64,000 nucleotides of DNA from an uncultured bacterium (GTDB lineage Bacteria > Krumholzibacteriota > Krumholzibacteriia > LZORAL124-64-63), in NCBI GenBank assembly GCA_963727525.1, contig CAVSGO010000005.1:608001-672000 (forward strand). The letters run 5' to 3'. The position numbers and the translations under genes were made by a program. The notes beneath the pieces were generated by a model that saw only the letters and a list, made by a program, of their open reading frames with translations, was not told the origin of the DNA and ran no database searches. This document shows positions 1-9,733 of this stretch, one piece after another. Position 1 is the stretch's first letter; the number at the start of each line of letters is the position of its first letter.

Positions 1-240
1 TCCGTCGACGGTCTGGAGGCCGATGATCTCTTTGTCCTGGTAGCGGAAGCGTTGGGGGATGATGGCGACGGCGCCGACGAGCTGGCCCTTGTCCACCATC
101 TTGTAGATCAGGGCCTCTCCGACCGGGTTCTGGAAGAACTTCCAGTCGAAGTATTCGCGTTTGGTCAGGGCGAAATTGTATTTCGCGTAGAGGGAGACCA
201 GGTCGTCGTATTCGTCGGGGTGGGCTTTCAGGATCTCCAT
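1..240 (-). CDS. GNAT-family N-acetyltransferase-like protein (partial, runs off window edge; not in ORF track)
   Basis: Manual translation from ATG at 240: MEILKAHPDEYDDLVSLYAKYNFALTKREYFDWKFFQNPVGEALIYKMVDKGQLVGAVAIIPQRF...; the WKF..NP.G and LVG pattern resembles GNAT proteins of polysaccharide loci; starts 2 bp after the deacetylase stop. Confidence 0.6.
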   Translation of the reverse strand, partial: MEILKAHPDEYDDLVSLYAKYNFALTKREYFDWKFFQNPVGEALIYKMVDKGQLVGAVAIIPQRFRYQDKEIIGLQTVDG

Positions 241-242
241 CG

Positions 243-1247
243 TCAGCCTCGTGCGGGGGCCCGGCGGCGGGACAGGAGCATGCGGTTGATGCGGTAGCCG
301 AGGACCGCGGTGGTGTCGAAGCCGCCCACCAGGAGGCGGGGCAGGGCCATGGGATCGTCGTCGGGGGACACCGCAGCGGGTTTGACCGTGAAGGCGCGGG
401 TGTAGCCGCAGGTGCGGGCCATCTCGCGTTCGCGGGGGCCGTGCTCGCCGTTCGGGTAGGCGAGGTCATGGACGTCGGACTCGAGCAGTTCCGTGAGGAT
501 GCGGCGAGAGTCTTCCAGGCTGGCGCGCAGGGCGTTGTCGTCGAGTTGCACCAGGATGTCGTGCGGGTGGCCGTGCGAGGCGAAGTGGCAGAGGGGATCG
601 GCGGCCATGGCGAGCAGCTCGGCGCGGTTCAGGGGGCGGCAGCGGTCCTCCACCGTGGGCATGGCGAGGGGGGACAGTTCCTCGATGTCGGCGATCACGC
701 CGGCCACGCGGGGGTCGGTGGCGGGGCCGATCGACTTCAGCGCGGTCAGGAGGCCGTCGATGTCGTCCCAGCGCTCGTGGGGCGGGTAGGCGCGCAGGCC
801 CACCACCCCGAGGTCGCGGCGTCGCAGGTCGAGGCGGCGGGTGTCGCCGTAGAGCAGCGGGCCGGTGATGCGATCGAACCAGAAGACCTCGCCGCTCTCC
901 AGGTGGGCGGTCGAGACGAAGAACAGGGCCGGCGTGCCGTGGCGCTTCAGGATGGGCCAGGCGAGGTCGTGGTTGTTGCGGTAGCCGTCGTCGAAGGTGA
1001 TCAGGATACGCAGCTCGCCGCGGCGGGCGGGCGTGTCCAGCTCGTCGGGCGCGATGAAGCGGCCCACGCGGCCAAGCCAGCGGAGATGGCGGTCGAACTG
1101 GTCCGCGCTCGGGCGCATCCAGGACGGAGGATCGGCGGGGACGCGCAGATCGTGGTAGCAGAGCACGATCGTCGCGCCATCGAGCAACAGGAGCTGGCGC
1201 GTGAGCGCCCGCGCTCCGAATGCCGATTTGATCAGGCGTCGCACCAT
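243..1247 (-). CDS. Polysaccharide deacetylase (NodB/CE4 family)
   Basis: VLCYH, ITFDDGY, SHGHPH and LAYPNG motifs; start taken at MVRRLIK. Confidence 0.9.
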   Translation of the reverse strand: MVRRLIKSAFGARALTRQLLLLDGATIVLCYHDLRVPADPPSWMRPSADQFDRHLRWLGRVGRFIAPDELDTPARRGELRILITFDDGYRNNHDLAWPILKRHGTPALFFVSTAHLESGEVFWFDRITGPLLYGDTRRLDLRRRDLGVVGLRAYPPHERWDDIDGLLTALKSIGPATDPRVAGVIADIEELSPLAMPTVEDRCRPLNRAELLAMAADPLCHFASHGHPHDILVQLDDNALRASLEDSRRILTELLESDVHDLAYPNGEHGPREREMARTCGYTRAFTVKPAAVSPDDDPMALPRLLVGGFDTTAVLGYRINRMLLSRRRAPARG

Positions 1248-1263
1248 CGGGCTCCTGCTTCCG

Positions 1264-2377
1264 CTAGCTGGCCGCATCGTAGGCCTCGAGGTACCCCTCG
1301 CCCATGGCGTCCAGTGTATAGCGTGTCCTTTGCTCCTGGGCGGCGGCGGTGGACAGGCGCCGGCTCAGGTCGGGTTCGTCGGCCAGGCGGCGCAGGGCGT
1401 TGGCGAGGGAGGAGGCGTCGCCGACGGGGATGAGCAGGCCCGTCTCGCCGTTGCGCAGCACCTCCGCCAGGCCGCCCACGTCCGAGGCCACGGCCGGCAG
1501 ACCCAGGGACATCGCCTCGAGCAGGGTATAGGGTAAGCCTTCGTGAAGGGATGGCATCACCAGAGCGTCGGCGTGGGCCATGACGGCCTCGACATCGCGG
1601 CGGAAGCCGTGGAACGTCACGCGGTCGGCCACGCCGAGGGCGGCGGCGAGGGCCTGCAGGTCATCGCGCAGGCCGCCGTCGCCCACGAGATCGAGATGCC
1701 ACGGACGATGCGCCGCCGGCAGAAGGGTCAACGCCTCGATGGCCGTGGCCAGGCTCTTGACACGCGTGAGGCGGCCCACGGCGACGGCGTGACGGCGGTC
1801 GGGAACCAGGGGCGGGTCGGGCGCGGGCTGGGCGTCGCGGTCGAGGGAGGCGATGCCGTTGCGTACGGTGCGCAGAGTGAGGTTGCCGTAGCGATGGGCG
1901 TGGCGGCCACGCAGATCGGCAGTGACGAAGCAGATCGACCGCGCGGCGGCGGCGGCAGGCCCAGGCCTCGGCGGTGCGGTAGCTCCAGTCCTTGGCGAAG
2001 GCCTTCACCATGCGCCACGAGGGTTCGCCCTGACCATGCAGGGTGCACACCATGGGACGGCGCGTCGGCGTCAAGGCGGTGTTCACGGCGGCGCGGTAAC
2101 CGTGTACGTGAACGAGGCTGGCGCCGTGGGCGTGGAGCTCCTGGTCGAGCCTGCGCGGACCCGCCAGGTCCCAGCTACTGCGGGTGGCGATGACGGTGAC
2201 GGGCAGGTTCTCGGTGCGGCAATACCCGGCCAGCTCGCGGTCGTGAAACACGAACACGCGCGGCGAGAGGCCCCGGTCGCGCAGGAAGGCGCCCAGGCCC
2301 AGCACGTGGCGCTCGGCACCGCCAAATAGCTCGCCGGCCGCCACGATGGCCACCGGACCCGTCACACTCGCCAACAT
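1264..2377 (-). pseudogene. Glycosyltransferase family 4 (GT-B), frameshifted by one extra base near 1936-1960 (pseudogene or sequence error)
   Basis: N-half (GGAERHV, HVHGY, TLHG) is in one frame; C-half (ICFVT, TVRNGI, VGRL, EGLPYTLLEAM, ASDVGG) is in another; ATG at 2377 with GAGGAGG RBS; total 1114 nt = 3n+1. Confidence 0.85.
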
Positions 2378-2533
2378 CGCCTCCTCGATCACGAAGCCGC
2401 GCCAGCATAGCAGTACGCGTGCCAGGGAGCCAGCCTGCCGTGGCCCGTCGTTCTGGCCAATCCGCTCCTGGCAAAGACGGGAGCGAGCGGCTACGCTTCG
2501 CGCGACCAGCCTTCCCGACCCCAGGAGTCGACC

Positions 2534-4330
2534 GTGACGGCAGACGACGACAAGCAACGCCCCCGCTTCGGCATCAAGCGCCTGCGCCCCTATGTGTCCG
2601 TGCTGCGCGGGCATGAGGGGGAGCTGGCGTTGATGGTGGCGTTCATGCTCGTGTCCACGGCTGTGAGCCTGGCGATTCCGGTGTTTGCGGGGCGATTCGT
2701 CGATGCGCTCAAGGCGTCGGGCGGGGGGGTGCGGTCGCAGTTCATCGTCATTCTCGGGGTGCTGCTCGTCCTGCAGCTCATCGGCAGTTTCTGGTACCAG
2801 GTGGTGTCGAACCGGCTGAGTCTGCGCATCGTGGTGGGGCTGCGGCGGCGCGTATTTGCGCACCTGCTCGAGCTGCCGTGCCTGTATTTTACCAGCCACA
2901 AGCCGGGCGACCTGTCGAGCCGGGTGACGTCGGACGTGGGCAGCATCCAGTACCTGCTCACTGGCGGCATGATTGCGCTGATCCGGGCCATGGTCACGCT
3001 GGTGGGCGCGCTCATCCTCATGGTGAAGCTCAACGCGCGGCTCACCGGCGTGGTGGTGTTGCTGGTGCCGGCCACGATCATCCTCGTGCAGCTCTTCGGG
3101 CGGCGTCTGCATCGCCTGTCGCGGCGCATGTACGACGAGCTTGGGCAGCTCAGCGACCACGTGCAGGAGCTGGCCGGCGCCATCCGCGTGGTGAAGGTCT
3201 TCAATAGCCAGCCCAGCGAGCTGGCGCGTTTCGACGGCCTGCTCGGCCGTTTCCTCGATGCGGGCGTGAAGCGGGTGTGGCTCTCGGCAGCGCTGGAGTC
3301 GGGCGCGCAGATCCTGCTGTGGATCTGCATGATCACCGTGGTGGTGTACGGGTTCGCGCTGTCGGGGCAGGGCAAGACCACCTACGGCGAACTGGTGACG
3401 TTCCTGCTCCTGGCCTTCAGGGTGGCCTCGCCGCTCGGCTCCCTCACGAGCCTCTACGCCTCGGCCCAGGGCGCGGCGGCGGCGGCCGATCGCCTCGACG
3501 ATGTCTTCGACGTGGCGCCGGAGTCGGATCTCGGCGCCGGGATGCCGACGAGCGGCCCCACCCCCGACGCCTCCCAGCCTGGTGCCATCCGCGCCGAGGG
3601 GGTGAGCTTCGGCTACCGCGACGAGGCCGACGCCGCGCCTGTGGTGGCCGACCTCGACTTCACCATCGCCGCCGGCGAGAAGGTGGCCCTGGTGGGCCCG
3701 AGCGGTGCAGGGAAGACCACCGTGACGGGCCTGATCATGCGACTCTTCGATCCCCACGCGGGCCGCCTCTTTCTCGACGACCGGCCCTACGACACCATCC
3801 CCCTGCGCGCCCTGCGCGGGCGCATGGCCTACGTGGCCCAGGATCCGGTGCTCTACGATGCCAGTGTGGCCGACAACATCCGCTTCGGGCTGAGCGGCGC
3901 GAACGACGACGCCGTGCGCCAGGCGGCGCAGCGGGCCCAGGCCCTCGCCTTCATCAACGCCCTGCCTGAGGGGCTGGCCACGCGTGTGGGGCCGCACGGT
4001 GTGCGCCTCAGCGGCGGCGAGCGGCAGCGGCTGGCGCTCGCCCGGGCCTTCCTGCGGGATCCGGGGATCCTCATCCTCGACGAGCCCACCAGCGCCCTGG
4101 ATGCCGCCAGCGAGGAAGCCGTGCGCCTGGCGATGGCCGAGTTGATGGCCGGGCGGACAGTGATCGTGGTGGCCCACCGCCTGTCCCTGGTGCGGGATCT
4201 CGACCGTATCCTCGTGCTACGGGGCGGCCGCCTGGTGGAGGCCGGCAGCCACGCCGAACTCCTGGCGAATAAGGGTCTCTATGCCCTGTTATACGGATTT
4301 CAACAGGGCCAACCCGGTACGCCGCAATGA
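2534..4330 (+). CDS. ABC exporter, fused permease and ATPase (MsbA/peptide-exporter type)
   Basis: N-terminal TM helices; Walker A GPSGAGKT; LSGGERQR signature; LILDEPTSALD; AHRLS. Confidence 0.95.
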   Translation: MTADDDKQRPRFGIKRLRPYVSVLRGHEGELALMVAFMLVSTAVSLAIPVFAGRFVDALKASGGGVRSQFIVILGVLLVLQLIGSFWYQVVSNRLSLRIVVGLRRRVFAHLLELPCLYFTSHKPGDLSSRVTSDVGSIQYLLTGGMIALIRAMVTLVGALILMVKLNARLTGVVVLLVPATIILVQLFGRRLHRLSRRMYDELGQLSDHVQELAGAIRVVKVFNSQPSELARFDGLLGRFLDAGVKRVWLSAALESGAQILLWICMITVVVYGFALSGQGKTTYGELVTFLLLAFRVASPLGSLTSLYASAQGAAAAADRLDDVFDVAPESDLGAGMPTSGPTPDASQPGAIRAEGVSFGYRDEADAAPVVADLDFTIAAGEKVALVGPSGAGKTTVTGLIMRLFDPHAGRLFLDDRPYDTIPLRALRGRMAYVAQDPVLYDASVADNIRFGLSGANDDAVRQAAQRAQALAFINALPEGLATRVGPHGVRLSGGERQRLALARAFLRDPGILILDEPTSALDAASEEAVRLAMAELMAGRTVIVVAHRLSLVRDLDRILVLRGGRLVEAGSHAELLANKGLYALLYGFQQGQPGTPQ

Positions 4331-4346
4331 TTTTCGACGATCTTGG

Positions 4347-4375
4347 TTGACGTTTACAACAACACATGTTAAACT
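4347..4375 (+). promoter_or_regulatory. Sigma70-type promoter for the small peptide gene
   Basis: TTGACG (4347-4352), 17-nt spacer, TGn-TAAACT (4367-4375) in an AT-rich patch. Confidence 0.65.
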
Positions 4376-4426
4376 CTCGGAGCTGTGGATGAGCGAAGGC
4401 CATCCGAACGCAGAGGAGTACGAGCA

Positions 4427-4579
4427 ATGTCGAAGCTGAATTACACCAAGCCGCTCCTCAGGAGCCAGACGCTGCAGGTTGGCGTGTTTGGCGTCTATGG
4501 CGAGGGCGAAGGTGAAGGTGGCGGTGGCAGCCCGCATCCCGTGAAGATCATTGACCACTTCCATATGAGCATGGAGTAG
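4427..4579 (+). CDS. 50-aa peptide, candidate RiPP precursor (YxxPxL leader motif, Gly/Glu-rich core)
   Basis: MSKLNYTKPLLRSQTLQVGVFGVYGEGEGEGGGGSPHPVKIIDHFHMSME; GAGGAG RBS at 4413-4418; promoter upstream and terminator downstream. Confidence 0.7.
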   Translation: MSKLNYTKPLLRSQTLQVGVFGVYGEGEGEGGGGSPHPVKIIDHFHMSME

Positions 4580-4605
4580 TCAGCGTCACCGAAGCGGATA
4601 TGCAA

Positions 4606-4650
4606 GAGATAAAGCCGGCGAGCCTGGGGAGGCTGAGCCGGCTTTCTCTT
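4606..4650. terminator. Intrinsic terminator, probably bidirectional, between the peptide gene and hemL
   Basis: AAAGCCGGC...GCCGGCTTT stem followed by CTCTTT, between convergent genes. Confidence 0.75.
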
Positions 4651-4680
4651 TGCGGTCCGGTCATGCGCGGCGGAAACGAA

Positions 4681-5973
4681 TCAGGCGACGGTCTCTCGTA
4701 AGGCCCCCGCGAGCGCGTCGCCCAGACGCACCACATCGCTGCGGGTCATCACCGCGTTCAGGAATCCTACCTCCCAGCCCGACGGCGCCATGTACACGCC
4801 GGCGTCCAGGAGCTTGGCCTGCATGTCGGCGTAGCGCGCCATGCCGTCGGGCAGCACGTCCTCCACGCGGCGGGGCGACTCGGGCTGCATCGCCAGCCAG
4901 AAGATCGACCCCTCGCGCACGAATGCGGCGCCAGTGGCCTGAGCCACCGGCGCAACGACCTCCTCCAGGAGCTGGCCGTGCGCCTCGAGCTGGCGGTAGA
5001 CCTCGCCGTCGCCTAGCAATCCGAGCGCGGCGGCACCGGCGGCCATGGCCACCGGGTTGCCCGAAAGCGTGCCCGCCTGGTACACGGCACCCAGCGGTGC
5101 CAGCATCTGCATGATGTCGCGCCGGCCGCCGAATGCCCCGACGGGCATGCCTCCGCCGATGATCTTGCCGAAGGTAGCCAGGTCGGGCGTGATGCCGGTG
5201 GCGGCCGCGGCCCCGCCCAGACCCAGGCGGAAGCCGGAGATGACCTCGTCGAAGATGAGCAGGGCCCCGTGGTCGCGCGTGACGTCGCGCAGGCACTGCA
5301 GGAACGGCAACCGCTGCAGGAGCAGGCCCGAGTTGGCGGGCACGGGTTCGATGATGACCGCCGCAACCGTGTCGCCGTGCTCGGCGAAGAACTGGCGCAC
5401 GGCGGCCTCGTCGTCGAGGGAGAGCACGGCTGTGTCGGCCACCGCGTGCGCAGGCACGCCGGCCGACGACGTCTGCCCGAAGGTGACCAGGCCGCTCCCG
5501 CCAGCCACGAGCAGCGCGTCGCTGTGGCCGTGGTAGCAGCCGTTGAACTTGACGATGACGTCGCGTTTCGTGAAGCCGCGGGCCAGGCGCACCGCCGCCA
5601 TCACAGCCTCGGTGCCGCTACTGACGAATCGCACCTGTTCGCAGCCCGGATAACTCGCCGTGACCATCTCGGCGAGCGTGATCTCGGCCTCGCACGGCGC
5701 GCCGAAGGTGAGGCCACGGCGCGCGGCGCGGACAACGGCGTCCAGCACCACGGGATGCGCGTGGCCGAGGATGAGCGGGCCCCAGGAGCCGCAGCAGTCG
5801 AGGTAGCAGTTGCCATCGGCGTCCCACAGGTGGGCGCCTTCGCCGCGCGCGATGAACAGGGGCGTACCATGCACGGAACGGAACGCCCGCACCGGCGAGT
5901 TCACGCCGGCGGGGATCAACTCGCAGGCGCGTTCGTAGAGCGCGGTCGAGGCGGTGCGTTTCACGCTCGTCAT
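4681..5973 (-). CDS. hemL: Glutamate-1-semialdehyde 2,1-aminomutase
   Basis: PAGVNSPVRAF, SSGTEA, YHGHSD, FDEV, FGKIIGGGMP and YQAGTLSGNP motifs. Confidence 0.97.
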   Translation of the reverse strand: MTSVKRTASTALYERACELIPAGVNSPVRAFRSVHGTPLFIARGEGAHLWDADGNCYLDCCGSWGPLILGHAHPVVLDAVVRAARRGLTFGAPCEAEITLAEMVTASYPGCEQVRFVSSGTEAVMAAVRLARGFTKRDVIVKFNGCYHGHSDALLVAGGSGLVTFGQTSSAGVPAHAVADTAVLSLDDEAAVRQFFAEHGDTVAAVIIEPVPANSGLLLQRLPFLQCLRDVTRDHGALLIFDEVISGFRLGLGGAAAATGITPDLATFGKIIGGGMPVGAFGGRRDIMQMLAPLGAVYQAGTLSGNPVAMAAGAAALGLLGDGEVYRQLEAHGQLLEEVVAPVAQATGAAFVREGSIFWLAMQPESPRRVEDVLPDGMARYADMQAKLLDAGVYMAPSGWEVGFLNAVMTRSDVVRLGDALAGALRETVA

Positions 5974-6998
5974 CGGAGCCAGCCCTCTCGCAGTGCGTCA
6001 CGACCGTGGTAGGTGATCAGGATGTTCGCACCCGCGCGGGCCATGGCGTGCAGGTTCTCGCGCACCACGCGGGCCTCGTCGATCCAGCCGGCCTGGGCCG
6101 CGGCCTTCACCATGGAGAACTCGCCGCTCACGTTGTAGCAGGCCAGGGGCAACGTGGTGATCTCGCGTACGGCGCGGATCACGTCGAGGTACGCCAGGGC
6201 CGGCTTCACCATGACGATATCGGCGCCCTCGGCCTCGTCTAGGCGCACCTCGCGCAGAGCCTCGCGCACGTTGCGCGGATCCATCTGGTAGGAGCGGCGA
6301 TCGCCGAACGACGGCGCGCTGTCGGCGGCCTCGCGGAACGGGCCGTAATAACCCGACGCGTACTTGGCCGAGTAGGCCATGATCGCCACGTCGGTGAAGC
6401 CCTGCATGTCGAGGGCCACGCGGATGGCCTCCACGCGTCCGTCCATCATATCCGACGGCGCCACGATGTCGGCGCCCGCGGCGGCGCAGATGGCCGACAT
6501 GCTCGCGAGCTGGCCCAGGGTGCTGTCGTTGTCGACCACCTCGCCGTCGAGGATACCGCAGTGCCCGTGATCGGTGTAGGCACACAGGCAGACGTCGACG
6601 CCCACGAGCAGGTCATCGCCGAATGCCTTCTTCAAGGCCGTCACGGCGACGGGCACGGGGCCGTCGGGATCGAGCGCGCTGTCTCCCTCGGGCGACTTGT
6701 CGGCCGGCAGACCGAAGAGCAGCACCTGGCGCAGACCCAGCTCGAGGTCCTGCTCCACTGTCTTCAGCAGCATGTCCGGGCTCTCGCGGCGAATGCCGGG
6801 CATGGCGCCGATGTCCTCGCGCTTGCCGCTGCCGGGCAACACGAAGTGCGGCGTGCACAGCATGTCGGGGTACACGTGCGTCTCGGCGACGACCTCGCGC
6901 AGGACGTCGGTGCGGCGCAGACGGCGCGGGCGGACGAGCCCCGGCGCAGGGATCTCCATGATTTCGTCGTGATCGTGGTCGTGGTGCGAGTGAGTCAT
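5970..6998 (-). CDS. hemB: Porphobilinogen synthase (ALA dehydratase)
   Basis: RPRRLR, DVCLCAYTDHGHCG (Zn site), PSDMMDGRV, YGPFREAA, MVKPA, YNVSGE; start at MTHSHHDH is uncertain. Confidence 0.97.
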   Translation of the reverse strand: MTHSHHDHDHDEIMEIPAPGLVRPRRLRRTDVLREVVAETHVYPDMLCTPHFVLPGSGKREDIGAMPGIRRESPDMLLKTVEQDLELGLRQVLLFGLPADKSPEGDSALDPDGPVPVAVTALKKAFGDDLLVGVDVCLCAYTDHGHCGILDGEVVDNDSTLGQLASMSAICAAAGADIVAPSDMMDGRVEAIRVALDMQGFTDVAIMAYSAKYASGYYGPFREAADSAPSFGDRRSYQMDPRNVREALREVRLDEAEGADIVMVKPALAYLDVIRAVREITTLPLACYNVSGEFSMVKAAAQAGWIDEARVVRENLHAMARAGANILITYHGRDALREGWLR

Positions 6999-7053
6999 AC
7001 CGCTTGCCTCCGCAACTTTGGCTTCCAGGAACCTACTGCTTACGTGATGTCGA

Positions 7054-7986
7054 TCAGGCTCTGCCCAGGGCGGCAAGCGCCTGCTGGGCCGCGTCGTCGG
7101 GCGTGGATGCGCTCACGCTGACGCGGGCGATGGAACCGTCGGGCTGGCCGAGCACCGCCAGCAGCTCCACGCCGTCACCGGTGAGGCGCGCGTGGCACCC
7201 CAGGGGCAGGTTGCAGCCGCCGGCCAGACCAGCCAGCACGCCGCGCTCGGCCCGCACGCAGGTGGCGGTGGCATCGTCGTGCAGGGCGGCGAGCGCCTGT
7301 GTCACGTGCGCCGGGGCCGTCGTCGCGATCTGCAGCGCCAGCGCGCCCTGGGCCGGCGCCGGCACGAAGACCTCGGGGTCGAGCAGGCAGGTGCGCTGCG
7401 GCGCCGGATCGAGGCCAAGGCGCACGATACCGGCCTCGGCCAGAAGGATGGCGTCGTACGACCAGTCGCCCGGGTGCGTGCCCGCCAGCTTGGCCATCCG
7501 CGTGGGCACGTTGCCGCGCAGATCGACGATGACGAGGTCCGGCCGCAAGGCCCGCAGCTGCGCCACGCGGCGCGCGGAACCCGTGCCCACCCTCGCCCCC
7601 TCGCGCAGGGGGAATGCCGGGGCGTCGTCCTGCCAGGCCTCCGGCTTCACCACGAGGCACTCGCGGATGGGCCCGCGGGCGGGCACGGCCGCCACGGTGA
7701 GGCCCTCCGGCGACTCGGTGGGCAGATCCTTGTGAGAATGGACAGCAAGATCGACGCGCCCATCCAGGAGCGCGCTCTCGAGCTCCTTGGTGAACACGCC
7801 CTGGCTGCCCAGCGAATCGAGGCTACGGCTCTGGTCCTTGTCGCCGATAGTCTCGATGATGACGATATCCGTCGCGACACCGGCTCGCTGGTCGAGCAGG
7901 TCGCGGACGTGCCGGGCCTGCCACAACGCGAGGTCACTGCCGCGGGTACCCAGCCGGATCACGGGGGATGCGTCGTTCTTGTTCAT
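7054..7986 (-). CDS. hemC: Hydroxymethylbilane synthase (porphobilinogen deaminase)
   Basis: GTRGSDLALWQA, GVFTKELE, VHSHKDLP, LRGNVPTR, PAPAQGAL and GGCNLP motifs. Confidence 0.96.
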   Translation of the reverse strand: MNKNDASPVIRLGTRGSDLALWQARHVRDLLDQRAGVATDIVIIETIGDKDQSRSLDSLGSQGVFTKELESALLDGRVDLAVHSHKDLPTESPEGLTVAAVPARGPIRECLVVKPEAWQDDAPAFPLREGARVGTGSARRVAQLRALRPDLVIVDLRGNVPTRMAKLAGTHPGDWSYDAILLAEAGIVRLGLDPAPQRTCLLDPEVFVPAPAQGALALQIATTAPAHVTQALAALHDDATATCVRAERGVLAGLAGGCNLPLGCHARLTGDGVELLAVLGQPDGSIARVSVSASTPDDAAQQALAALGRA

Positions 7987-8149
7987 GCTCGGAAGATAAT
8001 CGCGGAGACACCGCGAGGAAACCCGGGATTAGGAGTCGGGGATCCCGCGCGCGGCAGCCTCCGGTTGCCAACGCCGCAGACCCCAGCTACGATCAGGTGT
8101 CGATGCCCGCTCGCGGGCTGAACGTTCGTGCAGGCAAAGGAGATGGCAC

Positions 8150-9709
8150 ATGCGCCGGATCTTGGGGATGAGCCGGATCTTGGGGATGATCAGCCTGGCG
8201 GCGGCTCTGGCCCTGGCCGTGCCGGCCACGGCGGGCCCTTCCGAGGGGCGCTGGAGCGCCGGCCTCGAGTACGGGCGCTGGAAGCTCGTGGAGGGCTACT
8301 GGGACCACTCCAACATGGACTCCTTCGCCGGTCTCTCGCTGCGGCGCGGCCTCTCGCCGACCTGGACCCTGAACGTGGGATTGCGTTTCGGCACGGTACG
8401 CCCGGGCGTGGCCGATCCCACCCAGGATGCGGGCTTCACGTCGAACAGCTTCTTCGGTCTGGCCACGCAGATCTACAACCCGACGATCGATCTGCAGTAC
8501 AGCTTCCAGCCGTACTCCCGGTTCAACCCGTATGTCGGTTTCGGCCTCGGCGTCACGAGCTGGCGCGTGATCAAGATATCGCAGGACGGCACCTTCTTCC
8601 CCTCCGGCGTGACGGTGCAGGGCTTCACGACCGGCGGCGACGAGTACCAGGAACTCGCCGCCAACAGCTTCACCTTCGCGACGGAGCTGGGCGCCGAGTA
8701 CTGGGCGTCCGACAAGGTGAGCCTACGGCTGGGTGTGCGGTACCACATCTTCGCGTCGAACGACCTCGACAACATCGGTCTCAGCAGCTGGGACGCCACG
8801 CGCAATTCCGGCTACGCCGATGCGAACAAGAGCCTGCTGCAGGGATTCTTCGGCATCAGCTACTGGTTCGGCAGCAGCGACACCGATCACGACGGCATCA
8901 AGAACGACAAGGACCTCTGCCCGCGCGACGCCGAGGACTTCGACGGCTTCCAGGACGATGACGGCTGCCCCGACAACGACAACGACGGCGACGGCATCCT
9001 CGATCTCAATGATGCCTGCCCGCTCGATCCCGAGGATTTCGACGGCTACCGCGACGGCGACGGTTGTCCGGATCCCGACAACGACAACGACGGCATCATC
9101 GACGCCAACGACGCCTGCCCCGACGAGGCGGAAGATATCGACGGCTTCCAGGATTCCGACGGTTGCCCCGATCTCGACAACGACGGCGATGGCGTGCCCG
9201 ACACGGTCGACAAGTGTCCCGACACCCCCGCGGGTGTGGCCGTGGACGAGGACGGCTGCCGCGAGGAGACGCCCGCGGCGCCGGCACCGCACACCCGCCC
9301 CGCGACGCCGCCGCAGCCCACGGGACCCGTGGCCCGGTCCGCGCCCGCCGGCGAGTTGCCCACCCGCGACCAGCCGCTCATCCTCACGGGCGTGACCTTC
9401 CGCACCGGCAGCGCCGAGTTGACGCCGGAGTCGATCACGTCGCTGGCCAAGGTGGCCAGCTCGCTCAAGAGCCACCCCGACATCTGGCTCGAGGTGCGCG
9501 GCTACACCGACTCCACCGGCTCCCCCGGCATCAACCGCGCGATCAGCCAGCAGCGCGCAACCGCCGTGCGCGACGTGCTGATCCAGATGGGCGTGCCGGC
9601 GCCGCGGATCACGGCCGTCGGCTACGGCTCCGACTACCCGATCGCCGACAACTCCACTCGCGACGGCCGGGCGCAGAACCGGCGCGTGGAGCTGCACCGG
9701 CTGAAGTAG
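8150..9709 (+). CDS. OmpA-family outer membrane protein with thrombospondin type-3 (Ca-binding) repeats
   Basis: Signal peptide; beta-barrel-like N-domain; repeated DxDxDG(I/V)xDxxDxCP units; Pro-rich linker; C-terminal GYTDSTG...NRRVE peptidoglycan-binding domain. Confidence 0.92.
   Translation: MRRILGMSRILGMISLAAALALAVPATAGPSEGRWSAGLEYGRWKLVEGYWDHSNMDSFAGLSLRRGLSPTWTLNVGLRFGTVRPGVADPTQDAGFTSNSFFGLATQIYNPTIDLQYSFQPYSRFNPYVGFGLGVTSWRVIKISQDGTFFPSGVTVQGFTTGGDEYQELAANSFTFATELGAEYWASDKVSLRLGVRYHIFASNDLDNIGLSSWDATRNSGYADANKSLLQGFFGISYWFGSSDTDHDGIKNDKDLCPRDAEDFDGFQDDDGCPDNDNDGDGILDLNDACPLDPEDFDGYRDGDGCPDPDNDNDGIIDANDACPDEAEDIDGFQDSDGCPDLDNDGDGVPDTVDKCPDTPAGVAVDEDGCREETPAAPAPHTRPATPPQPTGPVARSAPAGELPTRDQPLILTGVTFRTGSAELTPESITSLAKVASSLKSHPDIWLEVRGYTDSTGSPGINRAISQQRATAVRDVLIQMGVPAPRITAVGYGSDYPIADNSTRDGRAQNRRVELHRLK
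8154..8189 (+). repeat. Exact 18-bp tandem duplication at the ompA start
   Basis: GCCGGATCTTGGGGATGA x2 (8154-8171, 8172-8189), giving MRRILG-MSRILG-M. Confidence 0.9.
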
Positions 9710-9733
9710 CAGGCTCTTCCGGTCGCGTACGAG

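Noticed and set aside
8870-9260. Repetitive GAC-rich DNA as a non-coding repeat array
   Set aside because: Explained by thrombospondin type-3 protein repeats in OmpA
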